Shown one piece after another: positions 7,696 through 15,506 of a stretch of DNA of 32,000 bases; positions within the stretch are counted from its first letter, which is position 1; the number at the start of each line of letters is the position of its first letter. Both the position numbers and the translations under genes were made by a program. The notes beneath the pieces were generated by a model, which saw only the letters and a program-made list of their open reading frames with translations, did no database searches and was not told the origin of the DNA. This stretch comes from Nanopusillaceae archaeon (GTDB lineage Archaea; Nanobdellota; Nanobdellia; Nanobdellales; Nanobdellaceae), in assembly GCA_049973735.1 (NCBI GenBank), contig JBMFJL010000001.1, forward strand, positions 1 to 32,000. The letters are read 5' to 3'.

Positions 7696-7935
7696 TCAAT
7701 CTATTTTTATCCTTTTTATTCTTTTAAATGCTCCTCTCATGATAAGTTCTTTCTCTATAAATTCCAATAACTCTTCAAATGTAATATATTGAATATAAGT
7801 AGATAAATTTTGAGGGATGATATTTGACTTAATATCTTCATAATATCTTAAAAGGGTATTTGTAGAAAGAGTAGCCAATTTGGATCTCAGTTCTTTAACA
7901 ACTTCTTCATTTATGTTAGTTATTTTTTCTTCCAT
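7696..7935 (-). CDS. Hypothetical small protein (79 aa)
   Basis: ORF downstream of, and on the same strand as, the rhomboid gene. It abuts the primase stop with no spacer. Helical and charged composition; no family recognised. Confidence 0.4.
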   Translation of the reverse strand: MEEKITNINEEVVKELRSKLATLSTNTLLRYYEDIKSNIIPQNLSTYIQYITFEELLEFIEKELIMRGAFKRIKRIKID

Positions 7936-8003
7936 GGTATTTAATTGAATATTATTATTTATATATATTTTGTTAGCATATGAGATTAAATTAAAAAATT
8001 TGA

Positions 8004-8636
8004 TTATGAATAATATTCTATAATATCGCTTTTGTTTTTCAATTTTTTCCTTAATAGATATCCATATAGTATACCAAAGAATATACCACCTAGATGGGCT
8101 GAAAAACCTATTGGTAAAAATTGAAACATTAATCCAACTAGGTTAAATATTATCCATACTACTGCAGCATAAGACATATTTATTGGAATCATTATTGGAA
8201 ATATAATAATTTTTTCTTTGGGTTTTAAAACTGCTAAAGCTCCCAGTATTCCAGATATTCCACCTGAAGATCCTACTCCGCCAATATATGGATTGTTATA
8301 AAATTGTAGATAAAATGCTATGTTTCCGAAGATTCCAGATAATATAAATAATATTAATAAATGAACTTTTCCGTAATTAAATTCGAATATAAGACCCAAA
8401 AATAGTAGAGCTAATGTGTCAATCAAAAGTGGATAGATTGTAGTAGGATCGCTGGCAAAAATAGATGTTATATAAGTCCAAGGATATATCAATGAATAAT
8501 ATGGATAAAATGCAATCTGTAATATTAACAAAGGATCTTTTGATATTAGGAATAATTCGATAATGTATGTAAAAATCGTTATTATAATAATTATATAGGT
8601 CATTGGTATGGACTTTAAGTTTTTATAGATCGACAT
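8004..8636 (-). CDS. Rhomboid-family intramembrane serine protease
   Basis: Six hydrophobic helices. Catalytic-Ser motif GVGSSGGISGILGA (GxSG) and catalytic-His motif FSAHLGGIFFGILYG. TM2-like EFNYGKVHLLILFILSGIFGN is also present. Confidence 0.85.
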   Translation of the reverse strand: MSIYKNLKSIPMTYIIIIITIFTYIIELFLISKDPLLILQIAFYPYYSLIYPWTYITSIFASDPTTIYPLLIDTLALLFLGLIFEFNYGKVHLLILFILSGIFGNIAFYLQFYNNPYIGGVGSSGGISGILGALAVLKPKEKIIIFPIMIPINMSYAAVVWIIFNLVGLMFQFLPIGFSAHLGGIFFGILYGYLLRKKLKNKSDIIEYYS

Positions 8637-8668
8637 AGATTTAAAATTATCGCAAAGATTTATATAAA

Positions 8669-11101
8669 ATGAGGCTGCCTCTGGATGTAAAGCCAGAACA
8701 TTATTATATCAAAATATTTGTGGATTTAAACAATCTAGAATATAGGGGTGAAGAAATAATAACTTTGAATTTTGAAAAACCAAAAGATAAAATATATATG
8801 CATGCAAAGGAATTGAAAATAGAAAAAGTTAAAATAAATAATATAAATGTGAGTTTTAGATTTATAGAAGAAGATTTATTGGAAATATCCCTTAATAGAA
8901 AATATTCTGGAAAAAACAAATTATATATAGTATTCAAGGGTAAAGTAAGAAATGATTTAATAGGTCTATATCTAAGTAAAGGTAGGGATAAAATATTAAC
9001 TACCCAATTTGAACCTACATATGCTAGATATTTTATACCATGTTTTGATGAACCAATATTCAAGGCCAAGTTTGAATTAGAAGTGGAAGTAGATAAGGAT
9101 TATGATGTAATATCAAATACAGAAATTGAATATGAAGAGACTAAGGGTGATAGGAAAATAGTAAAGTTTAAAGAAACTCCTCCAATGTCCACATATTTAT
9201 TATATTTGGGTATAGGTAAATTTGATTATCTTGAACAAAAATATAATAATAAAAGGATTAGAATAGTTGCAGATAAAGATAAAGCTAAAGATGGAGAATT
9301 TTCATTAAATTGGGCAATAGATGTATTAAAATATTTTGAAAAATATTCTAGCATAGATTATCCATTAGAAAAGTTAGATTTAATAGCAGTACCAGATTTT
9401 GCTGCAGGTGCTATGGAGAATTGGGGAGCTATAACATTTAGAGAAACAGCATTACTATACAATAAAGATATTTATTCTCATTCTCAAAAGTTGAGAATAA
9501 TGGAAGTTATAGCACATGAGCTATGGCATCAATGGTCCGGAAACTTAGTTACAATGAAATGGTGGGATGATTTATGGTTAAATGAATCATTTGCAACATA
9601 CATGGCATACAAGGCAATAGATGAACTGTATCAAGATGAAAAAGTAGCCTTTGGTAGGATGTACCTAGTAGATACTTATGAGGCTAAATTTGATGATTCT
9701 ACAATATATACTCATCCAATAAGTGTAAAAGTTGAAAGAGAGGAGGAAATAGAAAGTATTTTTGATAATATAAGTTATGGAAAGGGTAGTAATGTGTTAA
9801 GAATGATAGACAACTATCTTGGATATGACAAATTTAGAGTAGCAATAATAAATTATTTAAATAAGTATAAGTATTCTAATGCCACATCTTCAGATTTATT
9901 CAAAGAGTTTGAATTAATCGGTGGCAAGGAGATAAAATATATGATAGAGAAGTGGATTAATGAGGAAGGGCTACCAATAATAGAAGTAAATTACAATAGA
10001 AATATTATAAGTATTAATCAATCTAGATTTGTTTATGGGAAGAAAGAAAATAAAAAATGGGTTATACCATTATTCTTAGAAATAGAGGGTGAAAAGTTTA
10101 ACATATTATTTAATAAAACTAAGGGAAGGATAGTACTAAAAAGAGATCCATCATTTTTCTCATTAAATAGAGAAGCAATTGGATTTTATGTTGTTAAATA
10201 TAATAACATGGAGCATATATTTAATGGAATAAAAAACAAACAAATTTCAGAATTAGGAAGAGCAGCTATATTACATGATTATTATTTATTGAACTTAATG
10301 AATAAAATAGGAATAAACACCCTGTTAGATTTAATAGAGCATTACAGGGATGAAGATTATTGGTTGACAATAGCTATACTATTTAATATATTATATGATA
10401 TAGCATTTTATTTTAATCTGGATTATAAAAAATTCTTGATAAAATACAAAGACATATTTTACAGGTTTAAAGATATAGAAGCCAAGGATTATTCGTCTCT
10501 GATGAAAAAATACGTTTCTTACAAGTTTTTATCATTAATCAATGATTATGATATAGTAGAAGAAGCATTTAACAAGTTTAAATCATGGGAAAAATTGAAT
10601 AATAATGAAAAAATGTTGATATCGGAAATAGTAGGTATGCATGGAGGTACAAACGAATTTAGAAGATTATTAAACTTATACACAAAAACAAATAATCCAG
10701 AGGAAAAAGTGATTTTATTAAGAGGTCTAACTAGTTTTAGAAGATCTAGTTTATTGCTGGAATTATTAGATAATGCAGTTTCTGGTACAATAAGAGTTCA
10801 AGATTGGAGATTACTATTTAGTTTATTATCCAGAAATCCAGAGTCCATCTATGTAATGTATTCATGGATTAAGGAAAATATAGATGAAATAAAGAAATAT
10901 GAAAAAGCATATTTGATAATTAGAGATATAATAGAAAGTATATTTATGTTGTATACAGGAGATATAGTGAAAAACATAAGAAATTACTTAATTAAGCATT
11001 TACCAAAATATAAAAATGATATAATAAAATACAGTCATTATTCAGAGATATACACAAACTGGATAAGAAAAAATAAAGATAAATTAGAGGAAATGTTATA
11101 A
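8669..11101 (+). CDS. M1-family zinc aminopeptidase (aminopeptidase N / tricorn-interacting-factor type)
   Basis: GAMENWG exopeptidase motif followed by HELWHQWSGNLVTMKWWDDLWLNESFA (HExxH-x18-E). The 810-aa length includes a helical C-terminal domain typical of M1 enzymes. Confidence 0.9.
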   Translation: MRLPLDVKPEHYYIKIFVDLNNLEYRGEEIITLNFEKPKDKIYMHAKELKIEKVKINNINVSFRFIEEDLLEISLNRKYSGKNKLYIVFKGKVRNDLIGLYLSKGRDKILTTQFEPTYARYFIPCFDEPIFKAKFELEVEVDKDYDVISNTEIEYEETKGDRKIVKFKETPPMSTYLLYLGIGKFDYLEQKYNNKRIRIVADKDKAKDGEFSLNWAIDVLKYFEKYSSIDYPLEKLDLIAVPDFAAGAMENWGAITFRETALLYNKDIYSHSQKLRIMEVIAHELWHQWSGNLVTMKWWDDLWLNESFATYMAYKAIDELYQDEKVAFGRMYLVDTYEAKFDDSTIYTHPISVKVEREEEIESIFDNISYGKGSNVLRMIDNYLGYDKFRVAIINYLNKYKYSNATSSDLFKEFELIGGKEIKYMIEKWINEEGLPIIEVNYNRNIISINQSRFVYGKKENKKWVIPLFLEIEGEKFNILFNKTKGRIVLKRDPSFFSLNREAIGFYVVKYNNMEHIFNGIKNKQISELGRAAILHDYYLLNLMNKIGINTLLDLIEHYRDEDYWLTIAILFNILYDIAFYFNLDYKKFLIKYKDIFYRFKDIEAKDYSSLMKKYVSYKFLSLINDYDIVEEAFNKFKSWEKLNNNEKMLISEIVGMHGGTNEFRRLLNLYTKTNNPEEKVILLRGLTSFRRSSLLLELLDNAVSGTIRVQDWRLLFSLLSRNPESIYVMYSWIKENIDEIKKYEKAYLIIRDIIESIFMLYTGDIVKNIRNYLIKHLPKYKNDIIKYSHYSEIYTNWIRKNKDKLEEML

Positions 11102-11124
11102 AATTTTTTAATAAATTTTAATCA

Positions 11125-13260
11125 ATGGAAAAAGAGATTGTATTAATTACTTCTGCGTTACCATATGTAAATAATGTACCACATATAGGTCATTTAGTTG
11201 GTAGTTTATTACCATCTGATATTTTTGCAAGATATAATAGATTAAAGGGGAATATTGTCTTTTATCTATGTGGAACAGATGATCATGGTTCTGCTACAGA
11301 AGTAGAAGCAATTAAAAATAATACAAAACCAGAAAAAATAGTAGAATTTTTTCATGACGTACATAAAAAAATATATCAATGGTTTAATTTATCTTTTGAT
11401 ACATTTAGCCAAACTTCAAAAAATAAGGTGCATTATAAAATAGTTCAAGAACTATTTGTCAAGACTTTTATAAATGGATATATAGTAGAAAAAGAAGTAG
11501 AATTGCCATATGATCCAAACTGGAATAAATTCTTACCTGATAGATTTGTAGAAGGTACATGTCCATACTGTGGATATGAAAAAGCAAGAGGAGATCAATG
11601 TGAGGCTTGTGGAAGATTATTAGATCCAAAAGATCTAATAAATCCTAAAAATGCAATTACTGGTAGCAGTGTAGTATTTAGAAAAACAAGACATCTATAT
11701 TTGGATTTAACAAAACTAGAAAATTACATAAAAGAATATGTTGAAGGCAAGAAAGGTATATTTACAGATCTGGCTGTTACAATGTCTTTGGGATGGATAA
11801 AGGAAGGACTTAGGGAAAGAAGTATAACTAGAGATTTGTCTTTTGGAGTACCAGTTCCTTATAAGGAACTTTGGGAGGCACTAAAGAAAAAAATATTTAA
11901 TAAATTAGACTTCGGTTCAAAAGAGAAATTTAGAGATTCTTTTATTGAGGCATTGAAGAATGAAGGTCTTATTGTGCCTGAAGAAGAGTATGTAAAAATA
12001 TTGACAATTATAGAAGAAAATTGGCCAAGAGTAGATAATATATTAAATAATTATAACTATTTTGAAATATATAAAAATAAAGTTTTGTATGTTTGGTATG
12101 ATGCACTAATAGGATATATATCATTTATTGCGGAAAAATTAAAAGGCGAATATTTTTATGATGATGTAAAATATGCAAAAATAGATGATTTAGCTTTGAT
12201 AGAGGATAATGGAAATAAATTAATAATTAAAGTAGGAGAAGATATATATAATTTAAATTATAAAATAGAAGGGAGTGTATTGTATTTATACGGAATGAGA
12301 GAGAAATTCTATAATTTAGAAAAAATATTAAAATACTTGTTTGATAATAAAAAAGTTCAAAAAATAGTCTTAGATATAACATGGAAAGATTTTTGGACTA
12401 AAGGAAAGATTTATCATTTCTTAGGAAAAGACAATATACCATTTCACGCAGTATTCTGGCCAGCTATATTGATATCTTCTTCAAATATATCAGAGGATTA
12501 TAAAGAATTATTTCCAACAACAGATCTATTAAACTTTGTATTACCGTACAATGTAATAGGTTTATCATATCTACTTTATGAGGGGAAAAAGATTAGTAAA
12601 AGTCAAAACTGGGGTGTTTTCTGCGATTCATTAATAGATTCTAAATTGGAAAGAGATTATTGGAGATTTTACTTATCATATCTATTACCATATAATAAGG
12701 ATGTTAACTTTAGGTGGGAAGAATTTAAAGAAGTTATAAACAACGATTTGGTTAATAATATAGGTAATTTAACAAACAGAATACTATCTTTTGTATACAA
12801 ATATTATAATGGAAAGATTGATGGAAAAGCAGATAAAAAGGTTATAGAAGATATAAAGAAAATATATTATGAGTATAGGAATATAATGGATAAATGTGAA
12901 TTACATATCGGCCTAAGAAAAATATTGGAACTGGGAAACTATGGAAACAAAGTATTTCAAGATAGAAAACCATGGGAAAACCCAGAAAAGAACAGAGAAT
13001 TTTTAAAATCACTAATAATCTTACTAATTGTATTATATACAATGTTATATCCATTTACTCCAGATTTTTCTAATAGATTTTTCGATATCCTAGGATATAA
13101 GGATGTATCTTTTGATACAATAAATAATATATTTAATTCACCAGATGCTCTTTCAATTGAGATAAAAGAAAAACCATATCCTTTATTCAATAAAGTAGAT
13201 GATAACTTGATAAAATCCTTAGTTGATACAGTGACCAAACCAAAGTTAACCTTTAAATAA
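11125..13260 (+). CDS. metG: Methionyl-tRNA synthetase
   Basis: PYVNNVPHIGHL (HIGH), CPYCGYEKARGDQCEACG zinc knuckle, VLYVWYDALIGYISF, HFLGKDNIPFHAVFWPA, KISKS (KMSKS loop) and an anticodon-binding helical domain. Carries two large extra segments (see findings). Confidence 0.95.
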   Translation: MEKEIVLITSALPYVNNVPHIGHLVGSLLPSDIFARYNRLKGNIVFYLCGTDDHGSATEVEAIKNNTKPEKIVEFFHDVHKKIYQWFNLSFDTFSQTSKNKVHYKIVQELFVKTFINGYIVEKEVELPYDPNWNKFLPDRFVEGTCPYCGYEKARGDQCEACGRLLDPKDLINPKNAITGSSVVFRKTRHLYLDLTKLENYIKEYVEGKKGIFTDLAVTMSLGWIKEGLRERSITRDLSFGVPVPYKELWEALKKKIFNKLDFGSKEKFRDSFIEALKNEGLIVPEEEYVKILTIIEENWPRVDNILNNYNYFEIYKNKVLYVWYDALIGYISFIAEKLKGEYFYDDVKYAKIDDLALIEDNGNKLIIKVGEDIYNLNYKIEGSVLYLYGMREKFYNLEKILKYLFDNKKVQKIVLDITWKDFWTKGKIYHFLGKDNIPFHAVFWPAILISSSNISEDYKELFPTTDLLNFVLPYNVIGLSYLLYEGKKISKSQNWGVFCDSLIDSKLERDYWRFYLSYLLPYNKDVNFRWEEFKEVINNDLVNNIGNLTNRILSFVYKYYNGKIDGKADKKVIEDIKKIYYEYRNIMDKCELHIGLRKILELGNYGNKVFQDRKPWENPEKNREFLKSLIILLIVLYTMLYPFTPDFSNRFFDILGYKDVSFDTINNIFNSPDALSIEIKEKPYPLFNKVDDNLIKSLVDTVTKPKLTFK

Positions 13261-13654
13261 TGGAACAATAAAAAATAATTATAATGGATGAAGCCTTGGA
13301 AGACCCACCTCAGTGTGTCGTCACAAAGAAATTATTCTATTACATAGGACAGATTATTTCTTTTGTTGTCCTTGTGACTTTTCTTCTTCTTTCTTCTTCT
13401 TTGCCATATACAATATTTTGTAAAAAATGTTTAAAAATCTATCATTTTTTCACAGGCAGTATGGACTACTTGTATGAGATAAAAGGATTTAAAGAGAGAA
13501 TATTTATAAATACGCTTTAAAAGGATTATTAAAACATATTTTTTATAAGAGCAGGTTGTAGGAAAGAAATGTATATAAATACAAAATGATAAGAAAATGC
13601 TATAAAATCACAAAATTTATAATGATTAAAAATTTTTATATAGAAATTTTTTAT

Positions 13655-14599
13655 ATGTCGTTTGATATAGTTGGAGATATTGCAATAATAAAGAAACCAT
13701 TGATTTACTCAGAAGAAGAATATGTAAAAAAAATTTTGGAAAAGCATAAACATATAAAAACAATATTATTACAGGAAACAGAAGTTCTTCCTCCTTATAG
13801 AATACCAAAATATAAAATACTCTATGGAGAAAATAAAACTGAGACTATTAATATTGAATATGGATTAAAATTTAAAGTAGATGTAGTTAGAATGTATTAT
13901 TCTCCAAGATTGAGCAATGAAAGATTTAGAATAGCTAAAGAAGTTAAGGATGGAGAAGAAGTATTGGTTATGTTCTCTGGAGTAAATGTATATCCAATAT
14001 ATATTTCTAAATTTTCGAAAGCAAAGACAATATATTCTATAGAATTAAATCCTTTTGCAGTAAAATATGGCAGAGAAAATCTAAGATTAAACAAAGTAAA
14101 TAATGTCATAACAATATTGGGAGATGTAAGGGAAGTATCCCCATATATAGGATATTTAAAGGATGGAGACGGAATACTAAAAAATGATGAAGAATATATA
14201 AAGGATTTAATTGAATCTGGATTAGAAATAAATGATTTATATATACAGGAATATAAAGAATTAGTAGAAAAGATAAAATACAAGAATATAAAATATTTGA
14301 GAGATTTAGATAATTTGGAAAAATTTAATAAAAAGTTTGACAGAATAATAATGCCCTTACCAAAAGAAAGCCATAATTATCTGGATTACGCAATACCATT
14401 GATAAAAGATGGAGGGGTTATACATCTATATCAATTTTTTAAGGAAGATGAAATAGAAAGAAATGCGTATAAATTATTGGATGAATATTCAAAAAAATTC
14501 GGATTCAGTTATGAAATACTTAAAATATTAAAAGTAGGTGATATAGCTCCATCAATATATAGAGTATGTATAGATTTTACGGTAAAATTTAATTTTTAA
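13655..14599 (+). CDS. trm5: Trm5/Taw2 (Met-10+) family tRNA methyltransferase (m1G37 / wyosine pathway)
   Basis: MSFDIVGDIAIIKKP, YYSPRLSNERFRIAKEV, GEEVLVMFSGVNVYPIYISK (SAM-binding loop), ILGDVREV, FDRIIMPLPK (NLP-type motif) and GGVIHLYQF. Start chosen at ATG 13655, which has A/T-rich ATTAAAAA 23-30 nt upstream. The ORF is open from 13586, so the start is uncertain. Confidence 0.8.
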   Translation: MSFDIVGDIAIIKKPLIYSEEEYVKKILEKHKHIKTILLQETEVLPPYRIPKYKILYGENKTETINIEYGLKFKVDVVRMYYSPRLSNERFRIAKEVKDGEEVLVMFSGVNVYPIYISKFSKAKTIYSIELNPFAVKYGRENLRLNKVNNVITILGDVREVSPYIGYLKDGDGILKNDEEYIKDLIESGLEINDLYIQEYKELVEKIKYKNIKYLRDLDNLEKFNKKFDRIIMPLPKESHNYLDYAIPLIKDGGVIHLYQFFKEDEIERNAYKLLDEYSKKFGFSYEILKILKVGDIAPSIYRVCIDFTVKFNF

Positions 14600-14622
14600 A
14601 TTTTGATAATTAGATAGTTAAT

Positions 14623-15090
14623 ATGAGAAGCGACATACTAACAAAATTAGTTTTTATAATGTTTGGTATTTTGATAGGAGTAATAATATTGGTATTGTTT
14701 GTTCCACCAACAGGGGTTACTGGTCTTTTTGGAGGGAAAAACGAAAACATCGTATATAGTTTTAATGTATCTGTAATGTATTTTCAGGCTAATGGCGAAA
14801 TATATGCTATAATTTATAATAATGGAAATGGTGCAATAGAGTTGGGAAATATTTCTGCCATAGCTTCCGAATATGAATATATATCTAAAGTAAGTACAGG
14901 AAATAGGTACAGTTGTAGATCAAATAGTTCTGGAACATTATATCCACAGAATCAAACTACAATACTGTTGAATTGTGATAGTTCTCAAATTATTGTGGAA
15001 AATTTATTATCTACTAAATATTATTATGTATTTAGATTTCAATATAATGGAAAAGATGTCGTTCAATCAACTTTAGGTACAAAAGAATAG
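14623..15090 (+). CDS. N-terminally membrane-anchored, beta-rich extracytoplasmic protein with N-glycosylation sequons
   Basis: The N-terminus MRSDILTKLVFIMFGILIGVIILVLFVPP is followed by a hydrophilic beta-type sequence with NVS, NIS, NSS and NQT sequons. Size and layout resemble ArlF/ArlG-type or pilin-accessory proteins, but there is no diagnostic motif. Confidence 0.55.
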   Translation: MRSDILTKLVFIMFGILIGVIILVLFVPPTGVTGLFGGKNENIVYSFNVSVMYFQANGEIYAIIYNNGNGAIELGNISAIASEYEYISKVSTGNRYSCRSNSSGTLYPQNQTTILLNCDSSQIIVENLLSTKYYYVFRFQYNGKDVVQSTLGTKE

Positions 15091-15094
15091 ATAG

Positions 15095-15169
15095 CGGACC
15101 CGGGGGGATTCGAACCCCCGACCTACGGCTTAGAAGGCCGTCGCTCTATCCAAGCTGAGCTACGGGTCC
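15095..15169 (-). tRNA. tRNA-Arg (anticodon UCU)
   Basis: Minus strand folds as a cloverleaf: GGACCCG-TA-GCTC-AGCTTGGATA-GAGC-G-ACGGC-CTTCTAA-GCCGT-AGGTC-GGGGG-TTCGAAT-CCCCC-CGGGTCC-G. Anticodon loop is CU-UCU-AA. No intron and no encoded CCA. Confidence 0.9.
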
Positions 15170-15189
15170 TTATAGTAAATTTCTAGATT

Positions 15190-15202
15190 TATATTTTTAA
15201 AT
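15190..15202 (-). promoter_or_regulatory. TATA-like element (TTTAAAAATATAA on minus strand) for tRNA-Arg
   Basis: Located 21-33 nt upstream of the mature tRNA 5' end at 15169. Confidence 0.4.
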
Positions 15203-15293
15203 AGTTTTATTTACTTGACTAAAACCGGTTTTCATTGTGGAAGAAAAATATTTTCGATAAAACAAAGTTTATTACTTTTGAATGAATTTATAT

Positions 15294-15357
15294 ATCTAAG
15301 CATGAAGATGCAAGGCATTTCTGATGAATGATGAAACAACGATGTACAGATGTAGAT
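15294..15357 (+). ncRNA. C/D-box sRNA candidate with terminal stem
   Basis: ATCTA-AGC-ATGAAGA (C variant, 15302-15308) - TGCAAGGCATTT (12) - CTGA (D') - TGA - ATGATGA (C') - AACAACGATGTA (12) - CAGA (D variant, 15347-15350) - TG-TAGAT. ATCTA (15294-15298) and TAGAT (15353-15357) form a 5-bp closing stem. Both spacers are exactly 12 nt. Confidence 0.6.
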
Positions 15358-15379
15358 TTCAATGATTAAAATATTAAAG

Positions 15380-15450
15380 TGGGGTCGCGGGGATTCGAAC
15401 CCCGATCCCTGGGACCCAAACCCAGGAGCCTACCACTAGCCTACGACCCC
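15380..15450 (-). tRNA. tRNA-Pro (anticodon UGG)
   Basis: Minus strand reads GGGGTCG-TA-GGCT-AGTGGTA-GGCT-C-CTGGG-TTTGGGT-CCCAG-GGAT-CGGGG-TTCGAAT-CCCCG-CGACCCC-A. The D stem uses two G-U pairs. No intron and no encoded CCA. Confidence 0.9.
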
Positions 15451-15473
15451 TATTCATAAAAAATATTATACAA

Positions 15474-15481
15474 AATTTAAA
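15474..15481. promoter_or_regulatory. Shared A/T element AATTTAAA midway between divergent tRNA-Pro and rpl3
   Basis: Lies 24-31 nt from the tRNA-Pro 5' end (15450) and 26-33 nt from the rpl3 ATG (15507). It reads as a TATA box in both orientations. Confidence 0.45.
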
Positions 15482-15506
15482 AGAGTTTTAAGGAAATAAC
15501 TAGAAA

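Noticed and set aside
7273-9069. Minus-strand ORFs 7273-7473 and 8704-9069
   Set aside because: Embedded antisense in the primase and M1 aminopeptidase genes, whose identities are supported by catalytic motifs.
12158-12164. C-box-like ATGATGA strings inside CDSs (also 14184-14190 and 30802-30808)
   Set aside because: No CTGA follows at ~12-nt spacing and there is no second box pair. These are ordinary coding sequence.
11863-12378. Inteins as an explanation for the MetRS insertions
   Set aside because: They are too short. They lack the Cys/Ser/Thr N-terminal junction residue, the C-terminal His-Asn plus nucleophile, and any endonuclease motifs.
12842-13268. Minus-strand ORFs 12842-13054 and 12957-13268
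   Set aside because: Antisense to the anticodon-binding domain of MetRS. These are shadow ORFs.
13286-13330. Possible split-tRNA half or C/D sRNA in the G+C-rich patch
   Set aside because: There is no T-arm (TTCGAAT/TTCAAAT) and no D-arm closure. GGATGAAG is not followed by CTGA at ~12 nt on either strand.
13354-13407. 17-aa minus-strand micro-ORF MAKKKKEEEKSQGQQKK
   Set aside because: Too short and low-complexity to support. It does not match the small basic ribosomal proteins I can recall.
13284-13520. 78-aa plus-strand ORF in the 13261-13585 gap
   Set aside because: Not listed as a feature. It has no recognisable family, its first 15 codons are atypically G+C-rich, and the region may instead encode an RNA. 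Kept as an open question in the findings.
13586-13654. Upstream extension of the Trm5-family ORF (MIRKCYKITKFIMIKNFYIEIFY...)
   Set aside because: The extension is composed of promoter-like A/T sequence, and homology begins at MSFDIVGD. ATG 13655 has a better-placed A/T box. Not excluded, since the start is uncertain.
13626-14283. Minus-strand ORFs 13626-13808 and 13897-14283
   Set aside because: Antisense to the Trm5-family CDS.
15091-15506. Integrated element or integrase at the tRNA genes
   Set aside because: There is no integrase, transposase or viral gene, and no duplicated tRNA 3' segment nearby. The flanks are housekeeping genes.
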